Source of the DNA: Vitrella brassicaformis CCMP3155
Lineage: Eukaryota; Protista; Chromerida
NCBI GenBank assembly: GCA_001179505.1
Contig: CDMY01000113.1
Coordinates: forward strand, 62,001-126,000
DNA length: 64,000 nt
Reading direction: 5' to 3'
This document shows, piece after piece, positions 1-11,741 of this stretch (the first letter of the stretch is position 1; each line of letters starts with the position of its first letter). A program made the position numbers and the translations under genes. The notes below the pieces were generated by a model. That model saw only the letters and a list, made by a program, of their open reading frames with translations, did no database searches and had not been told where the DNA came from.

Positions 1-260
1 AGAAGCAAGCAACGTCTCTTCACGTTACCTCCAGAAAGCAGCGTGTTGGCGACGTCGTCCACAGCGCATACGATTCCCTCCTCGCCACCACCCCCAATCC
101 AATCTCGGTCAGTCCTCGGTCAGTCGGCCGGCCATCACACATTCATCGCAATCGACACACGGCCACCCATGTGAATGCGTCTCTGTCCTGCCTTCAGACC
201 TTCAGACGCGCATCACACGAGTCATCTCCAAGAATGTCTTCCCCCCGCAGTGGCGTTGAG

Positions 261-355
261 ATCGATCGCCGCCTACATTTTATATTTGCATGTCTCGTCA
301 GACATTCGGCTACGTTCTCACGGCCTTTCACGTCGCTGAGGGACACCAGCAGCTG
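261..355. repeat. 95-bp direct repeat, copy 1 (copy 2 at 2733-2827)
   Basis: atcgatcgccgcctacattttatatttgcatg...gacaccagcagctg recurs at 2733-2827 with 4 mismatches by manual alignment. Confidence 0.95.
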
Positions 356-419
356 AACATCGGCAGGGCGGAGAGGGCGGGGGATACCGCCCAAATGGAG
401 GAGGACGTCATCTTGGAGG

Positions 420-2632
420 GAGGTGGAGACCGCCGACTGGCGGATGTACAGCAGGGAGAGGGAGATGGCGGTTGGGTGGGCGGAGGGATGTGGTGGTGCC
501 CGGTGCTGACGGCCATGGGGCCGAGGCGGCCACGAATGCGGTAAGGAAGCGACAGCAGCAAAGTGAGTCCTCCCCGCATTCTCAAGAGCGCTCTTGTGTT
601 GGTCTTCTCATGCCTTTTGTCGTGTTGTTCACGCAGGTGCCCTTTACCTCAGCTGTGCCTGAGGCCGACCATGAGAGGAGGGCGGCGCCGGGGCCCTTTC
701 CTGGCCAGACTGCCTTGTCCAGCGGCCAGCAGATGGACTTAGATGCCAGTCGTGGTGGGGGCGATGGTGGTGATGGGTCGGCAGCCGCTCCTTGTGCGGC
801 ACATGACCATGCAGCTCCATCCAATGCACAATCAGCATCGGTACGACAGCAAGAGTCCACACACACACATGAAGGGTAACTCGACGTCCTTGGTGTCCGT
901 GAGTGAATGCGCAACGCAGGCGGCGAATGCGCAACGCGACGACACAGGCACGGCGGACGGAGGCCAGGCTGTACGAGGCCACGCTGGCGTGACGGAGGGG
1001 GGCGGTGATCAGCAGTCTGTCGCCAACCTCAGGACGGTGCAAGGGGTGCCCTACAGCGCCTCGCGCGCTGCACTACCGCCTGGGCCCTGCTGCGTCTACC
1101 CATTAATGGTGGTCAAGAGGTGCAACACCAGCAACGAGATCGCCTGCCACGCCCTGATGTCACTCCGAGGCGTCGCCCCCTCTGCGCCGCTCCCCGACAC
1201 ACCGATCGGTCCGGGAGTCGCGCCGGGGCTGATCAGCTCCTGCTGGCGCGATTCTGCGGCATGAGATCCGCTCACGACTGCGAGGCCAACTACTGCGCGT
1301 ATGCCCCCTTCATCGCTTACCAACACGAGGCACAGCAGGCCGGCACGGAGGGCATTCAAGAAGATTAGCAGGGCAGGCCGGCTCTGCGCGTGAGGGGCCT
1401 GGAGGCGAACGAGTTCGTCATGATGGCCGTTCCTGCCCCCTGCTGGAGCTCTTCGACGAGCCGGGCCTGCAGTGGACCAAGAGGTGGGTCGACATCCTCG
1501 CCGACATATCCGAGAAGGCGGCTCTGCGCGTGAGGGGCCTGGAGGCGAACGAGTTCGTCATGATGGCCGTTCCTGCCCCCTGCTGAGCTCTTCGACGAGC
1601 CGGGCCTGCAGTGGACCAAGAGGTGGGTCGACATCCTCGCCGACATATCCGAGAAGGGGCTGCGGCAGCGGCAAGGCGAGCGGCCCAAGCTCGAGTAGAT
1701 CGAGGACAGCCTCTTCGCCGCGCTCGAGCTCCTCGAGCCGGTGGTGGTGCCCCCGCACCTGCTGACGAGGTGCCCGTGCAGATGGGCATGCCCGAGGAGA
1801 GAGGGACAACAGACTGTAGGCAAACACGGATGAGAGCACCAACTAGAGCAATGCATCTCGGTCACTCTTATGTGTGTGCGTGTGTGTGGGTGGGTGTGTG
1901 CCTCTCAGAGCGTGTGTGTGAGAGATCCGATGACTCGGAAGGCGAGACGGCGCCAGGAGGCTCGGGCGGATCCCCGGCGTCGGACCCCTTGATGCCACCG
2001 CATCACCGTCCCCATCACCACCACCCGCCCCACCTGCGTCGCCCAACACACAGCCACCTCCATCACCGCCTCCCCACGACGCACCAGACGAGGCCGAGCC
2101 CGCGGAGGCACACCCGTCACCACCCACCCTTACAGCAATGCCGCCACACACCGAGGCCAAGGACGAGATACCGCCCTCACCGACCACACCCCCTCTCGTC
2201 TACGCCACGCAGCCTGCCGGCGAGGCCACAGAGGAGACGCCACAGCCCGCACCAGATACCCCTGCTTCGCGGGCTGACCAAACCCAGCACCTACCGGCCG
2301 CAGCCACGCAGGAAGACCCCGGTGCATCCGCTGCCCCGCGCGCCGCCGCCAGAGAGGAGACACCGCAGCCACTACCACACATCCCATACCCGCCGGCCGC
2401 AGCCGCGACGATGGCACCACACCACCCGGTCCATCCCCTGCACCACGCACACCACACGCAGCTGTACCAGCTACCGCCCTCATCCCCGCCCACACTCCCT
2501 CCTGTGCCGTTGATGTACGGCACCAACATGGCGGCCCACCAGGTGCATTACAAGTTCGGCCACGCCAAGGTCGTCACCTCCCCCACCTGGCGGGCGGCAA
2601 AGTCGAGGACGGGTGGCACAAGAACCCACTGA
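420..2632 (+). pseudogene. Degenerate gene or gene fragments of unknown family, with a Pro-rich C-terminal part
   Basis: GC3-rich coding-like segments (e.g. LLELFDEPGLQWTKRWVDILADISEK; IEDSLFAALELLEPVVVPP; PPHTEAKDEIPPSP) are interrupted by in-frame stops (1366, ~1696) and frameshifts (~1440, ~1585, ~1985). Intron-like GT-rich segments lie at ~563-637 and ~1815-1925. Confidence 0.45.
1379..1657. repeat. Tandem duplication, 2 x ~140 bp
   Basis: 1379-1518 is repeated at 1519-1657, identical except a 1-nt deletion (ctgctggagctc vs ctgctgagctc). Confidence 0.95.
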
Positions 2633-2732
2633 CGGCGCAGTGGGAATGGTGGGAGGAGAGCGACGAAGGAGAGGGCCAGTACGAGATCAGGGGGGCCTGT
2701 GTGCAGGTTGTGCATGCGGGCTGTCGTCGGTC

Positions 2733-2827
2733 ATCAATCGCCGCCTACATTTTATATTTGCATGTCTCGTCAGACATTCGGCTACGTTCTCACGGCCTTT
2801 CACGTCGCTGACAGACACCAGCGGCTG
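2733..2827. repeat. 95-bp direct repeat, copy 2
   Basis: About 96% identical to 261-355, 2472 bp downstream, same orientation. Confidence 0.95.
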
Positions 2828-3037
2828 TGGTGAGTGAGTGGGTGAATGAGTGAGTGAGATGGGTTGGTTGGCTGCTCTGAGGGATGAACGATAGATGGAT
2901 GTTGGACAAAATGAGCTTGATTCAAGTTACTCCATGATGGGTCAGGCACTCACAAACAGCGAACGGCCGTCTGTCTGGGGGGGACACCGTACACACATGT
3001 CGGCCACTGAGAAGCCTCTGTCGACATTCCGCATTCG

Positions 3038-4732
3038 TCACGGCCTCTTCTTGCGCATCTTCTCCAGCCTCTCCTCCTCCTGCACACATCACACAGGCCA
3101 CAGGATCGTACACGAGGCACGCAGGCGCATGCCACCCATTCGCAGACCACCCACCATGATCTTCTTGAGCTCCTCTGCGTCTTCCTTCTGGGCGATCTTG
3201 GCACTGCACACAACACACACACACACACACACACGAGGATGTCTGGATGTTTGTGTGGACGTCTGGAGTGTGATGTGATCTGGTGCGGTGTTAGTTAAGA
3301 GTGCGCACCTGCGTTTGTTTTCCGCCTCTTCCCGGCCGAAGTTGGACACCTGAATGTCACCGTCACGGCCTGCAGAGGCGTGAACCCATGACGACAGTCA
3401 GTCAAGGATGCTGGGGTGCTTTCCTCGGTTCGTTCGGTGCAGATGCATGTACCTTCGAATCTCCTCGGGTCGTATCCCGTCAGACTCCGCAGCTGCTTCT
3501 TCCAATCAGCTGCAAAAGCACACAGACACACACAGACATCCGTGCCTCTCATACCGCCCGCCCACCCAGCCACTCACTCACCATCCTCCTCGTGTCCGTC
3601 GACGATGAAGTCTGCCAGATCGTCATCGTCGTCATACTCGTCCTCGTACCCGTACCCGCCCCTCCGCGACCCCTCACGGCCATCACGCCCACATCTGGAG
3701 TCGCGATGAGGAGCAGCAGCAGGAGGGGGAGCACGTTGGCGATCGCGCCCCATCGGCCCACCACCAGCAGCACGACCTCCATGAGCCGGCCCTGACGCCC
3801 GGTAGCGGTCGTCTCGCCTGGACTGTGCCGGGGCGTCCCTGGCGCTTGGCTGTGTAGAGGGCCGGCCATGAGCCGGCGCGTTCTTGGAGACGGCCAACGG
3901 AGCATCTTCTCGAGAGCGTTTGCCGAGCATTGACGGCGGCCGAGAGGGGTGGGGGTCAGAGGGGCGACTGGCGGCAGATGGTGCGGGGGCGGTCCTCCTG
4001 TGGCCGGTGTCATTCTGGCGTGGGGCCTTTGGTGCAGATGGGGGAGCCGGCAGGGGGGTGGCCAGGACCTTCTTGCGCTCTGCACGAAGCTGCTGAAGCT
4101 GTCCAACACACATCCAACACACACGCACACAGAGAGAGAGATGAGAAGCCGTGTGTCAGGCATCGACCAGTGTGTTTGTGTCGGGTGGTGATTGACTGAC
4201 CTTTGCGCGCTTCTGTGTGTCGTTAGGTTCGTTGAGTAGGTCTTTGGTGATGAGATCCATCTCCTTGTCGATCTTGGCCACCTGTCCATCGATGCTCTTC
4301 TGGTGCTCCTTCTGACGCCTCTTCAGCTCCGCTGCCGGGTCCTGACCCACACACAGGCCACAGACACACGCAGAGACCGACGTCAGTCTAACTGCATGTT
4401 TATGATGCCGTGCCTGTGCCCGTGCATCAGCTCACCTCAGCCGTCTGACCCTTGTCCTTCTTCGACTTGCCACGCTTGCCGTCGCCATCTTCTGCAGCAT
4501 ACAGCAACGCGACACACACATAGCAGGAACCCTTTCCATCCATCCATCCGTCCACCCCCCCTCTCTCTCCCTCACCTGTGTCGTCTGGTTTGGCCCTCCG
4601 TAGGACGGGTATGATTTTGAAGGACTGAAGTTTCTGCTTGGGTTGCTCTGGCTCGAAGGACGGGAGGTTGACAGGGCCGCTCGATGGGGCCACCTTGGCC
4701 TTGCCAAGACCAGCAAGCACCGCCAGCGACAT
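3038..4732 (-). CDS. SPT2: SPT2 chromatin protein (histone chaperone), about 7 exons
   Basis: Spliced C-terminus DDDDDLADFIVDGHEEDGE-ADWKKQLRSLTGYDPRRFEGRDGDIQVSNFGREEAENKRSAKIAQKEDAEELKKIMEEERLEK matches the SPT2 domain pattern. ATG at 4732 (MSLAVLAGLGK), stop at 3038, GT-AG introns in consistent phase. Confidence 0.85.
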
Positions 4733-5146
4733 CAGCACACCCAATCACCGACCACGGGCAACAGACAGTCACAGTCGGGGGACTGACGGGAAAAAGGGAA
4801 AGAAAAGAAGTCAGCAGAGCCAATCTCGTGCTCTCTGCAGCATGCGCATGCAGTCTTTCCTTCGCCTGCCTCTCTTCGGTCAGGCAACTTGAAGGCAGGT
4901 GTTGTACGTGTCTTACCATTGGTCTTACGTGCCGAGCTTTGAAGGAAGAGCTTGTCCCTCAAATGTGCCGCAGAAAGCACAAAGCTTGTGCGGACTTCCG
5001 TGTAGGGTGGTTTTTAAGTTCGCATTTGGGCGGCTCCTCACTGCGAGCTAAACCCTGCCCTTTGAAACCCTGCCACCACTAGCCTTGTCAACGAGCCTTG
5101 TCCTGTCAACATCGTTCGAATTGGCGAATCTGCCGAAGCCACAGCT

Positions 5147-7021
5147 TTGCAGCGGTTGGACAGCATCATAGGTTCGTCCGCGGCGACGTCGGCCCGTCCG
5201 ACTCACTCTCCCTCTTCTCCCCCTTCCTCACCCTCACCCGCCCCTCATGCTGCCACATCCCATGCCACTGCACCAACAGCAGCAGCAGCAGCAGCGGCAT
5301 CGCCATCGAAACGAAGGCGGCTAAGGCTGTCGGCGGCCTCGCTGCGGTACTGTCTGTTTGTCATCTTCGGCGCGTGTTGGGTGGGGCTGCTGCTCGTCAC
5401 GGCCGTGCTTGCAGCGTCGCGATGGAATACGCCCAGTGTCCATGCGAGCGGCGGCCATGATGCATCCGAGGTGATGCTAGATGGGTCAGTGGGGGAGGGG
5501 ACTGTGCTTGTGCAGGAGGGGAAGGAGGGAAAGGTGTACAGTGATGATGGCCCTGGAGAGGTGGCTGGTGAGGCGCCGTCACAGTGGTGGCCATCGACGA
5601 TTTATGCGCTGGGCGACATCCACGGGGACGCCATGAACACACTGCTGCTGCTACACGCAGGTGGGAAGGGCAGACAGAAGAGGGGCTGGAGGTACAGATG
5701 TGAGCACACACGTGTGGATCTTGGTTGGTTGGTCGGTTGGTGGTGTGTGTCATGTCAATGCAATGCAGCTGGGGTGGTGAATTCGTCTGCACACTGGATA
5801 GCCAAAGACGCACTGCTCATCCAGGTGGAGAAATGGGCACGCTGAAGCTATTCCGCGATGAGCCCATAGCTGTTTTCCCCTCCCCTTGTTGTGTGTACTC
5901 AGACGGGTGACATTGTCGACCGCGGCCCCGACAGCCGCGAGCTGTACGAGTACTTCATGCTGCTCGACACGCAGGCGAGGCAGCAGGGCGGCAGGTTGGT
6001 GCAGCTCCTCGGCAACCATGAAGCCCTCAACCTCTGCAACGTGCTCGTGTAAGTCACAACGGGAGATGCTGTCCTGCGCATACAATCGTCACCTATGTGC
6101 GTGCAGGTACGTATCTCCTGCCGAGTTTGAGACGTACGGCGGCGCGGAGCAGAGGGCGTTGGAGTTCTCAGAGAGGGGAGAGATCGGAAGGAAGCTGCGC
6201 TCGCTAGGTCGGTCGGGGTGAATGGGTCAACGAGGAAACACAACACACACACACACACACACACAGACAAGACAGATCTTTCTCTTGCTCTCGTTTGTTG
6301 ACTGCAGATTCGGCGGTCGTCTACAATGACATCCGTAAGCCACAAACTGTCGCCCACACGGCATCCGTCATTTCATTCCCCCGCGTGTCGTGTCTGGATC
6401 TGCAGTGTTTGTCCACGCTGGTCTGCTGCCCAAGTTCGCCCAGCTGGGCCTCGACGCCGTCAACGAGGGCGTCAGGCGCGAGCTCGGGGCGGCCTGCAGC
6501 GTGGAGGGGTCGGTCTTCACCGGCGAGAGGGGGCCGCTGTGGGACCGTGTGCTGGCCACGTCGGCCGAGTCGCGGGCCTGCCCCCTGCTGGACCAGACTC
6601 TCGCTGCAGTGGCTGCGAAGCGGATGGTGGTCGGCCACACGGTGACGCAGTCGGGGCGCATTGAGCTGCGGTGTGACGGCAAGCTGGTCAAGATCGACGG
6701 GGGGCTGAGCAGATATATCATGAACAGGCCAGGTGCGTTGGTTAGTCCAGACGCGCTTACACGGCGCGCTTCACGGTCAGGTGGATCAGACGGGCGGTCA
6801 CGGTCACTTACGCTGATTGGTTTGTTGCAGTGCTGTTGGAGATCCGTGCTGGCGATGGTTGGTACCAGAAGTGGCTGGAAGTGAATGCGACGACCAGACA
6901 GCCCATCCTGCACACACAGCCTCTGCCCATCAGTGACGGTGACACGCAGGCAGCCGACGACGAGCAGCAGCGGCAGGGGAGTGCGGGGTCGGATGAGTCC
7001 ACCGTGATCCAGCTGATTTGA
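5147..7021 (+). CDS. Shewanella-like (SLP/Shelph) PPP-family metallophosphatase with N-terminal signal anchor; start codon uncertain
   Basis: Motifs GDIHG, GDIVDRG, GNHE, FVHAG, GPLWDR, MVVGHT and IDGG lie across 7 phase-consistent exons. The hydrophobic segment YCLFVIFGACWVGLLLVTAVLAA precedes the catalytic domain. Confidence 0.88.
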
Positions 7022-8778
7022 TGGATGTCATGTGCGTGCGTGTTGAAAGGCAGACGATAAGATGCATGTATATGCCTAGTGATGATGACTGTTGATGTGT
7101 GACGATGAACGAACGGATAGCCGCCAGAGTGCCCAACACGATCTTTGTTCATTCCTCGATCGCTGAAGCGAGAGTCTCTCACATGTCTCCTGCCGGCCTG
7201 TCAGCCGCGAGATGGGACGATGGACAGAAAAAAGGGTATGAATCGACAGAGAGGCAGGCAGTCAGACAGACAGACAGACAGAGGTCCAGACACACCAGAC
7301 ATACACACCAGCAGCAGCAGCAGCAGCATCGACAGGCGTCACAAGAGGGCCCTGGCTGGAGTCCCGCGCGGGCAGGCAGGTCTGCTGTGCATGATAGAAA
7401 GATGATACCAAGATCGATCAGCGAGATCAGGCAGAGGGAAAAGCGAGAGAGACCACGGCGCATTCACAGGACGAGAAAGCGCTAAGCTACATGACATGAA
7501 GGAAAATAGAGACCGTCTGGCTGAGCATTCCTCCACACGTGTTCGGCGGCTCGGCATATCTGACGCATCCCTCGAACGGTTCATCGAACGAACCAGGCTC
7601 ACGCGGAGCGACCTGGTTCCTTCCTATGCACAGAGATCCGCGCCTCATACATCGAGACGGCCAGCATGAGTGAGGATAAAGCACCAAGATAGTACACGCA
7701 TGCTGTGATGTGCTGTGCTGTGCTGCAGTGCACTGCTCGTCCCCTCCCTTCCCTCGGTGGTTCGGCCAGAGGAGCTGACCTCACCGATATGACCGTGTCA
7801 GCGGCCATACCAGTCAGATCAGCCCCGCCCGTCTCACCAGTAAGGAAAAGGCGGTTCGGGCACTGGAGACGTAGTGTCACAGGGGAACTCAAAAGGGCTC
7901 TGAGTGCCGGTACAACACACTTTCTTGGAGCGAGCAAGACCGCTTATAAAAGCAGATGCCCCTAGATACTCACACGCATGACATGGGTCTCTCCCCGCCC
8001 ACGCATCGCATCGCATCCACACAAATGTAGTCAGTCAGTCAGTCATCGACTAGACGCGTACGAGCATTACACACATGCACACGCACGGGAGGACACACAC
8101 GCAGACAGACAGACAGGCAGACAGACAGGTATCTGTCCGGATCAGGGCGTGCATTCATCCACAGGTAGGTAGGTAGGTACAAACGAGCCAGCCACCAAAA
8201 GAACCACCCAGCCACCCGGCCGACCAACCAACCTCGTAAAGAGACCCCACCCCAAAACCACATCCACCCGCTCTCCCTTTCCTCACCTCTCTGGATGGAG
8301 ATAGCTGCGTCGTGTGCCCGTGAGTAGTGGCACACGAACAGGCAAGCAGAACCGGACATCGCTTCCACCTCATAAACTCGCTGTTCCTCCCTCTCCCTCC
8401 TTTTCCTCCCTCTCTCCCTCTCTCCCTCACTCTGACCCTTAAGGCAGTCATTCACATGTGATCGATCGAGCGCTGTATGCGATTCGATTCGAGCATGCTA
8501 CAGCCAGCAGCCAAGATGCCTCAAAAAGAGGACAGAAGAAAGTCAGGTAGCGGACCGACCGACACATCCATCCAGCACCACACACACACGCAACAGACAG
8601 TATCGCGACCGCCTGACAGGCTCAGATGGGCGGGCGGGAGGCGGTAAACAAAAAGACAGATAGGATAGGATAGGACAGCACAGCCAAGACAGACAGACAG
8701 GGAGGGGAGAGGAGAGAGAGAGGGGGGGTAGAAAGCAGCCAGGCAGGACGCTGCTGTGTCAGCGGGCAGCCAGTCAGC

Positions 8779-10032
8779 TTAGGTGAATGAGGGGAACGGG
8801 CGGGCCAGAGGGCGGTAGAACGGACGCTCACCTGACGCACACACACAGACAGAAATGGGATGCACACACACGCTCTCCCATTCCCTCCCTCCCTCCCTCC
8901 CTGTTGTTGTCGTGTCGGCTCACCGATGACTTCAGCGCATGGGTACGGTCCGCATCGCGTGAACCTTGCGGAGCCCAAGTCGTCTCTGCCGATGACGCGG
9001 GTCTCCTGAAGCTGTCGCTTCTTCTCCTTCTCGTACTCGACGGCGACGATCTCCTTGCCGTCGGCGTCGGTGAGGGTGTAGCCAGCCTTGGTGAGGGTGA
9101 TGACCATGTCGCCCTCGAGGTGCAGCTTGTACTCGTCGCCCTCCTTGAGTACATACGACACCCTAAACAGACCCTCGCTCTCCTCGCCAGTCTGTGTGAA
9201 CGCGCAAACGCATCAATCAAATTGTGTGCGTATGCATGTCTGTGTGTGTGTGTGTGTGTGGCTGTAGGGTTCCGTACCGGGATGACCAGTGTCTCGAGCT
9301 TCTCGAAGTCCCGCAGCGGCTGGCCGTAGAAGTCTGGCAGGGCGAACCTCTCCAAAGCCTCGGCCATGCCTACATCCAGACATGTCATGCCACATCCGCA
9401 CAGAGAGTGCTCTGTCTCGTCTGCATGCGTGTTGGTGTGTGCGTACGTGCGGGGTGTTTGGTGCCCCTGTCGATGACGACAGCCTGGCCGTCGACCTTGA
9501 TGTCCTTCATCACCTCCACTCCGGCAAGCACCAGGACGAACACGATGACCAGGGTGATGATCCACCCCACACCCATGCCGATCAACGCCCACCGAAGGGT
9601 CTTGTTGTGCTTGCGCTCGGACGTCAACTGCACACACACACACACAACACACACACACACACACACACACCAGGTTCCGCGTCAGTGACAGATCTGAGGC
9701 GAGACGGATTGTCTGTACCTGGCGGGCGGCCTCAGCGACCTCTTCGGCAGTGAAAGTCCCGTCGCCATTCTTGTCCCACGACTGCAGACACAACACACGA
9801 CACCATCATGTCTCTGTCTCTTGCCTGCCTCCCCATCTGTGTATCTCTGTGTGCACCACAACCCCCGCCAGTCTGTCTGCCTGTCTTCCTCCCCGCGCAT
9901 GTGACGTGCTGCGCTGTGTTGTGCTGCTGTGCTGACCTTGAGGAGCTGGACAATCCTGGTGCCGTCGTCGCCATCGACCCGGGACACAATGTTGGTGAAC
10001 TTCTCAGTGCGGCTCTGCGGAACGACTGACAT
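8779..10032 (-). CDS. EF-hand-containing single-pass membrane protein of unknown function
   Basis: Exons: MSVVPQSRTEKFTNIVSRVDGDDGTRIVQLLK / SWDKNGDGTFTAEEV (EF-hand loop) / TM segment WALIGMGVGWIITLVIVFVLVLAGV / luminal or extracellular beta-rich region. The last exon is tentative. Confidence 0.7.
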
Positions 10033-10749
10033 GCTCAGATCTGGATGAGATGCTATGCGATGTGAAGATTGAGAGATGCCGGTGGCTGTGGAAGATGCAG
10101 GAGTCGCTGCGGGAGTTGGGGCGGCTGAAAGCAAAGGCGAAGGACTTTGAGAAGCAGGAGCACCGGTTTCATGCGGTGCCCTAACTCGAAAATGATTTGA
10201 CCGCTGATGCATCCCGCTGCCTCGATTCTGCACACACAAGCGGGGGAACACCTCTCACACTCACAAACACCCATGCACGCCCCATGCCAATCCATAGTGT
10301 CTGTACTTAGCCGCACACAAGTGGGGTTCGCCTCTCTCACGAGCGGCTGTGTGGTGGCGTCTCTTCTGAGTGCATCGCATCTCATCTTCGACGCACCAGC
10401 ACAAGCCCGGAGGAAGCGCAAACCCTCACTAACGCACACATGGATGGATTGGTGTGACGAGCAAGCCAGAATCCACCCCCCAGTTCACAAAAAATCTTGT
10501 CAGTGGACCGATGCTGCTGCGAATTATATCTACGGTCATTCTGTCACAAACAAGTCCCACCCCTCCCCGCCCCTCCCGGCCACGCAGGTATGCAGTGACA
10601 CTCGCAAGGGGATCAGCCAAGAGAGCGGCAGAGAAAAACGTCAGTCAGACAGACAGGAGGCAGCCAGGCAGAAGACAGGCTAGCTAAGGCGCGATATACA
10701 CCCCCTGCATCTTGCCATCGGTTGATCAGCCTGAGTTTGGCTCGGTCGC

Positions 10750-11507
10750 CTATTTGGTGGCTTTGGCAGCGGGCAGGTTGCCGACCACGCGGCGCAGCTT
10801 GGACAGAATCTGGGGGTTGGGGATCGCCTGCAACACCACAACCAACACACACATGGCATCGACGTGTCTGAGGAGGGCTGCCCTGTCTTTCATTGCTCAC
10901 CTTGCCGGCCTCATACTCGTTGATCACCGATGCCTTCTCGTTGATGCGCTGGTGACACAACACACCAGAAGGCACAAGATGCGCGTCACGCATCCACCAT
11001 CGCCTCGCCCTGTCCGCCCACCTGTGCGAGTTCGGCCTGCGTGAGTTTCTTGTCTAGCCGCGCCTGCTGGAGCGCCTTGGCGAAGTCGTGCGACACCCTG
11101 TCGTGCTTGAAATTCTCGGTCTCCTCCTCCAGCTTCTTGGCGCTGATACGCAACACACGCACACAGCGCACGACGCACAAGTGGATCAGTGAAGTACGGA
11201 TCAGTGGAAGAACGGATGTGACTTACTTGGACACGGGTTGGTGGGCATGGGCACGATTTTGGCCTCCCATGACTGCGTAAGACAACCACAGACACGCACA
11301 CCCGACCAAACGATGTGCCGCTGTTTTGCTTTCCGCGCGTGCGTGTGGATTCGGTCGCCGCTTACACTTCTTGACGGTATCGACTTCGTCTCCCGCCCGT
11401 CGCGCCTGGTTGACGACCTTGGCGTCCGACGCCTTGCTCCCAGATGGCTTTGTCTTAGACCACGTCACGGTCTCCCAGTCCTGGTGGCCCTGAGCTGGTC
11501 GCGACAT
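10750..11507 (-). CDS. MBF1: Multiprotein bridging factor 1
   Basis: QDWETVTW N-terminus; AKKLEEETE..HDRVSHDFAKALQQARLDKKLTQAELAQRINEKASVINEYEAGKAIPNPQILSKL (HTH); 5 exons. Confidence 0.95.
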
Positions 11508-11741
11508 CTTGAACCTCTCCAATCAACCCAATCACACTAGAACAGCTCGTGATTACGCGAAAACAAGGCTTTCTGTCGTCCTCCGCGCGATCACCTGCGA
11601 GCTTAAATTACGATTTGCGTTTTGGCTGGGATTCTCCCGATGTTACGTCGTTTCGAAGACAGACAGGCAGTATTCACATCAAGCCATTGCACGTCTTTCC
11701 GCTCACAGGCAACCAACCCTATCTATCAACCCGTCAGACAG

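Noticed and set aside
1360-1370. gaagattagca, matching part of U6 snRNA
   Set aside because: Only 11 nt match; the flanking U6 elements (ACAGAG box context, 5' stem, 3' U tail) are absent
7440-7674. Short open frame (MKENRDRLAEHSS...) in the SLP/EF-hand intergenic region
   Set aside because: There is no recognisable motif, no convincing splice partners and weak codon bias
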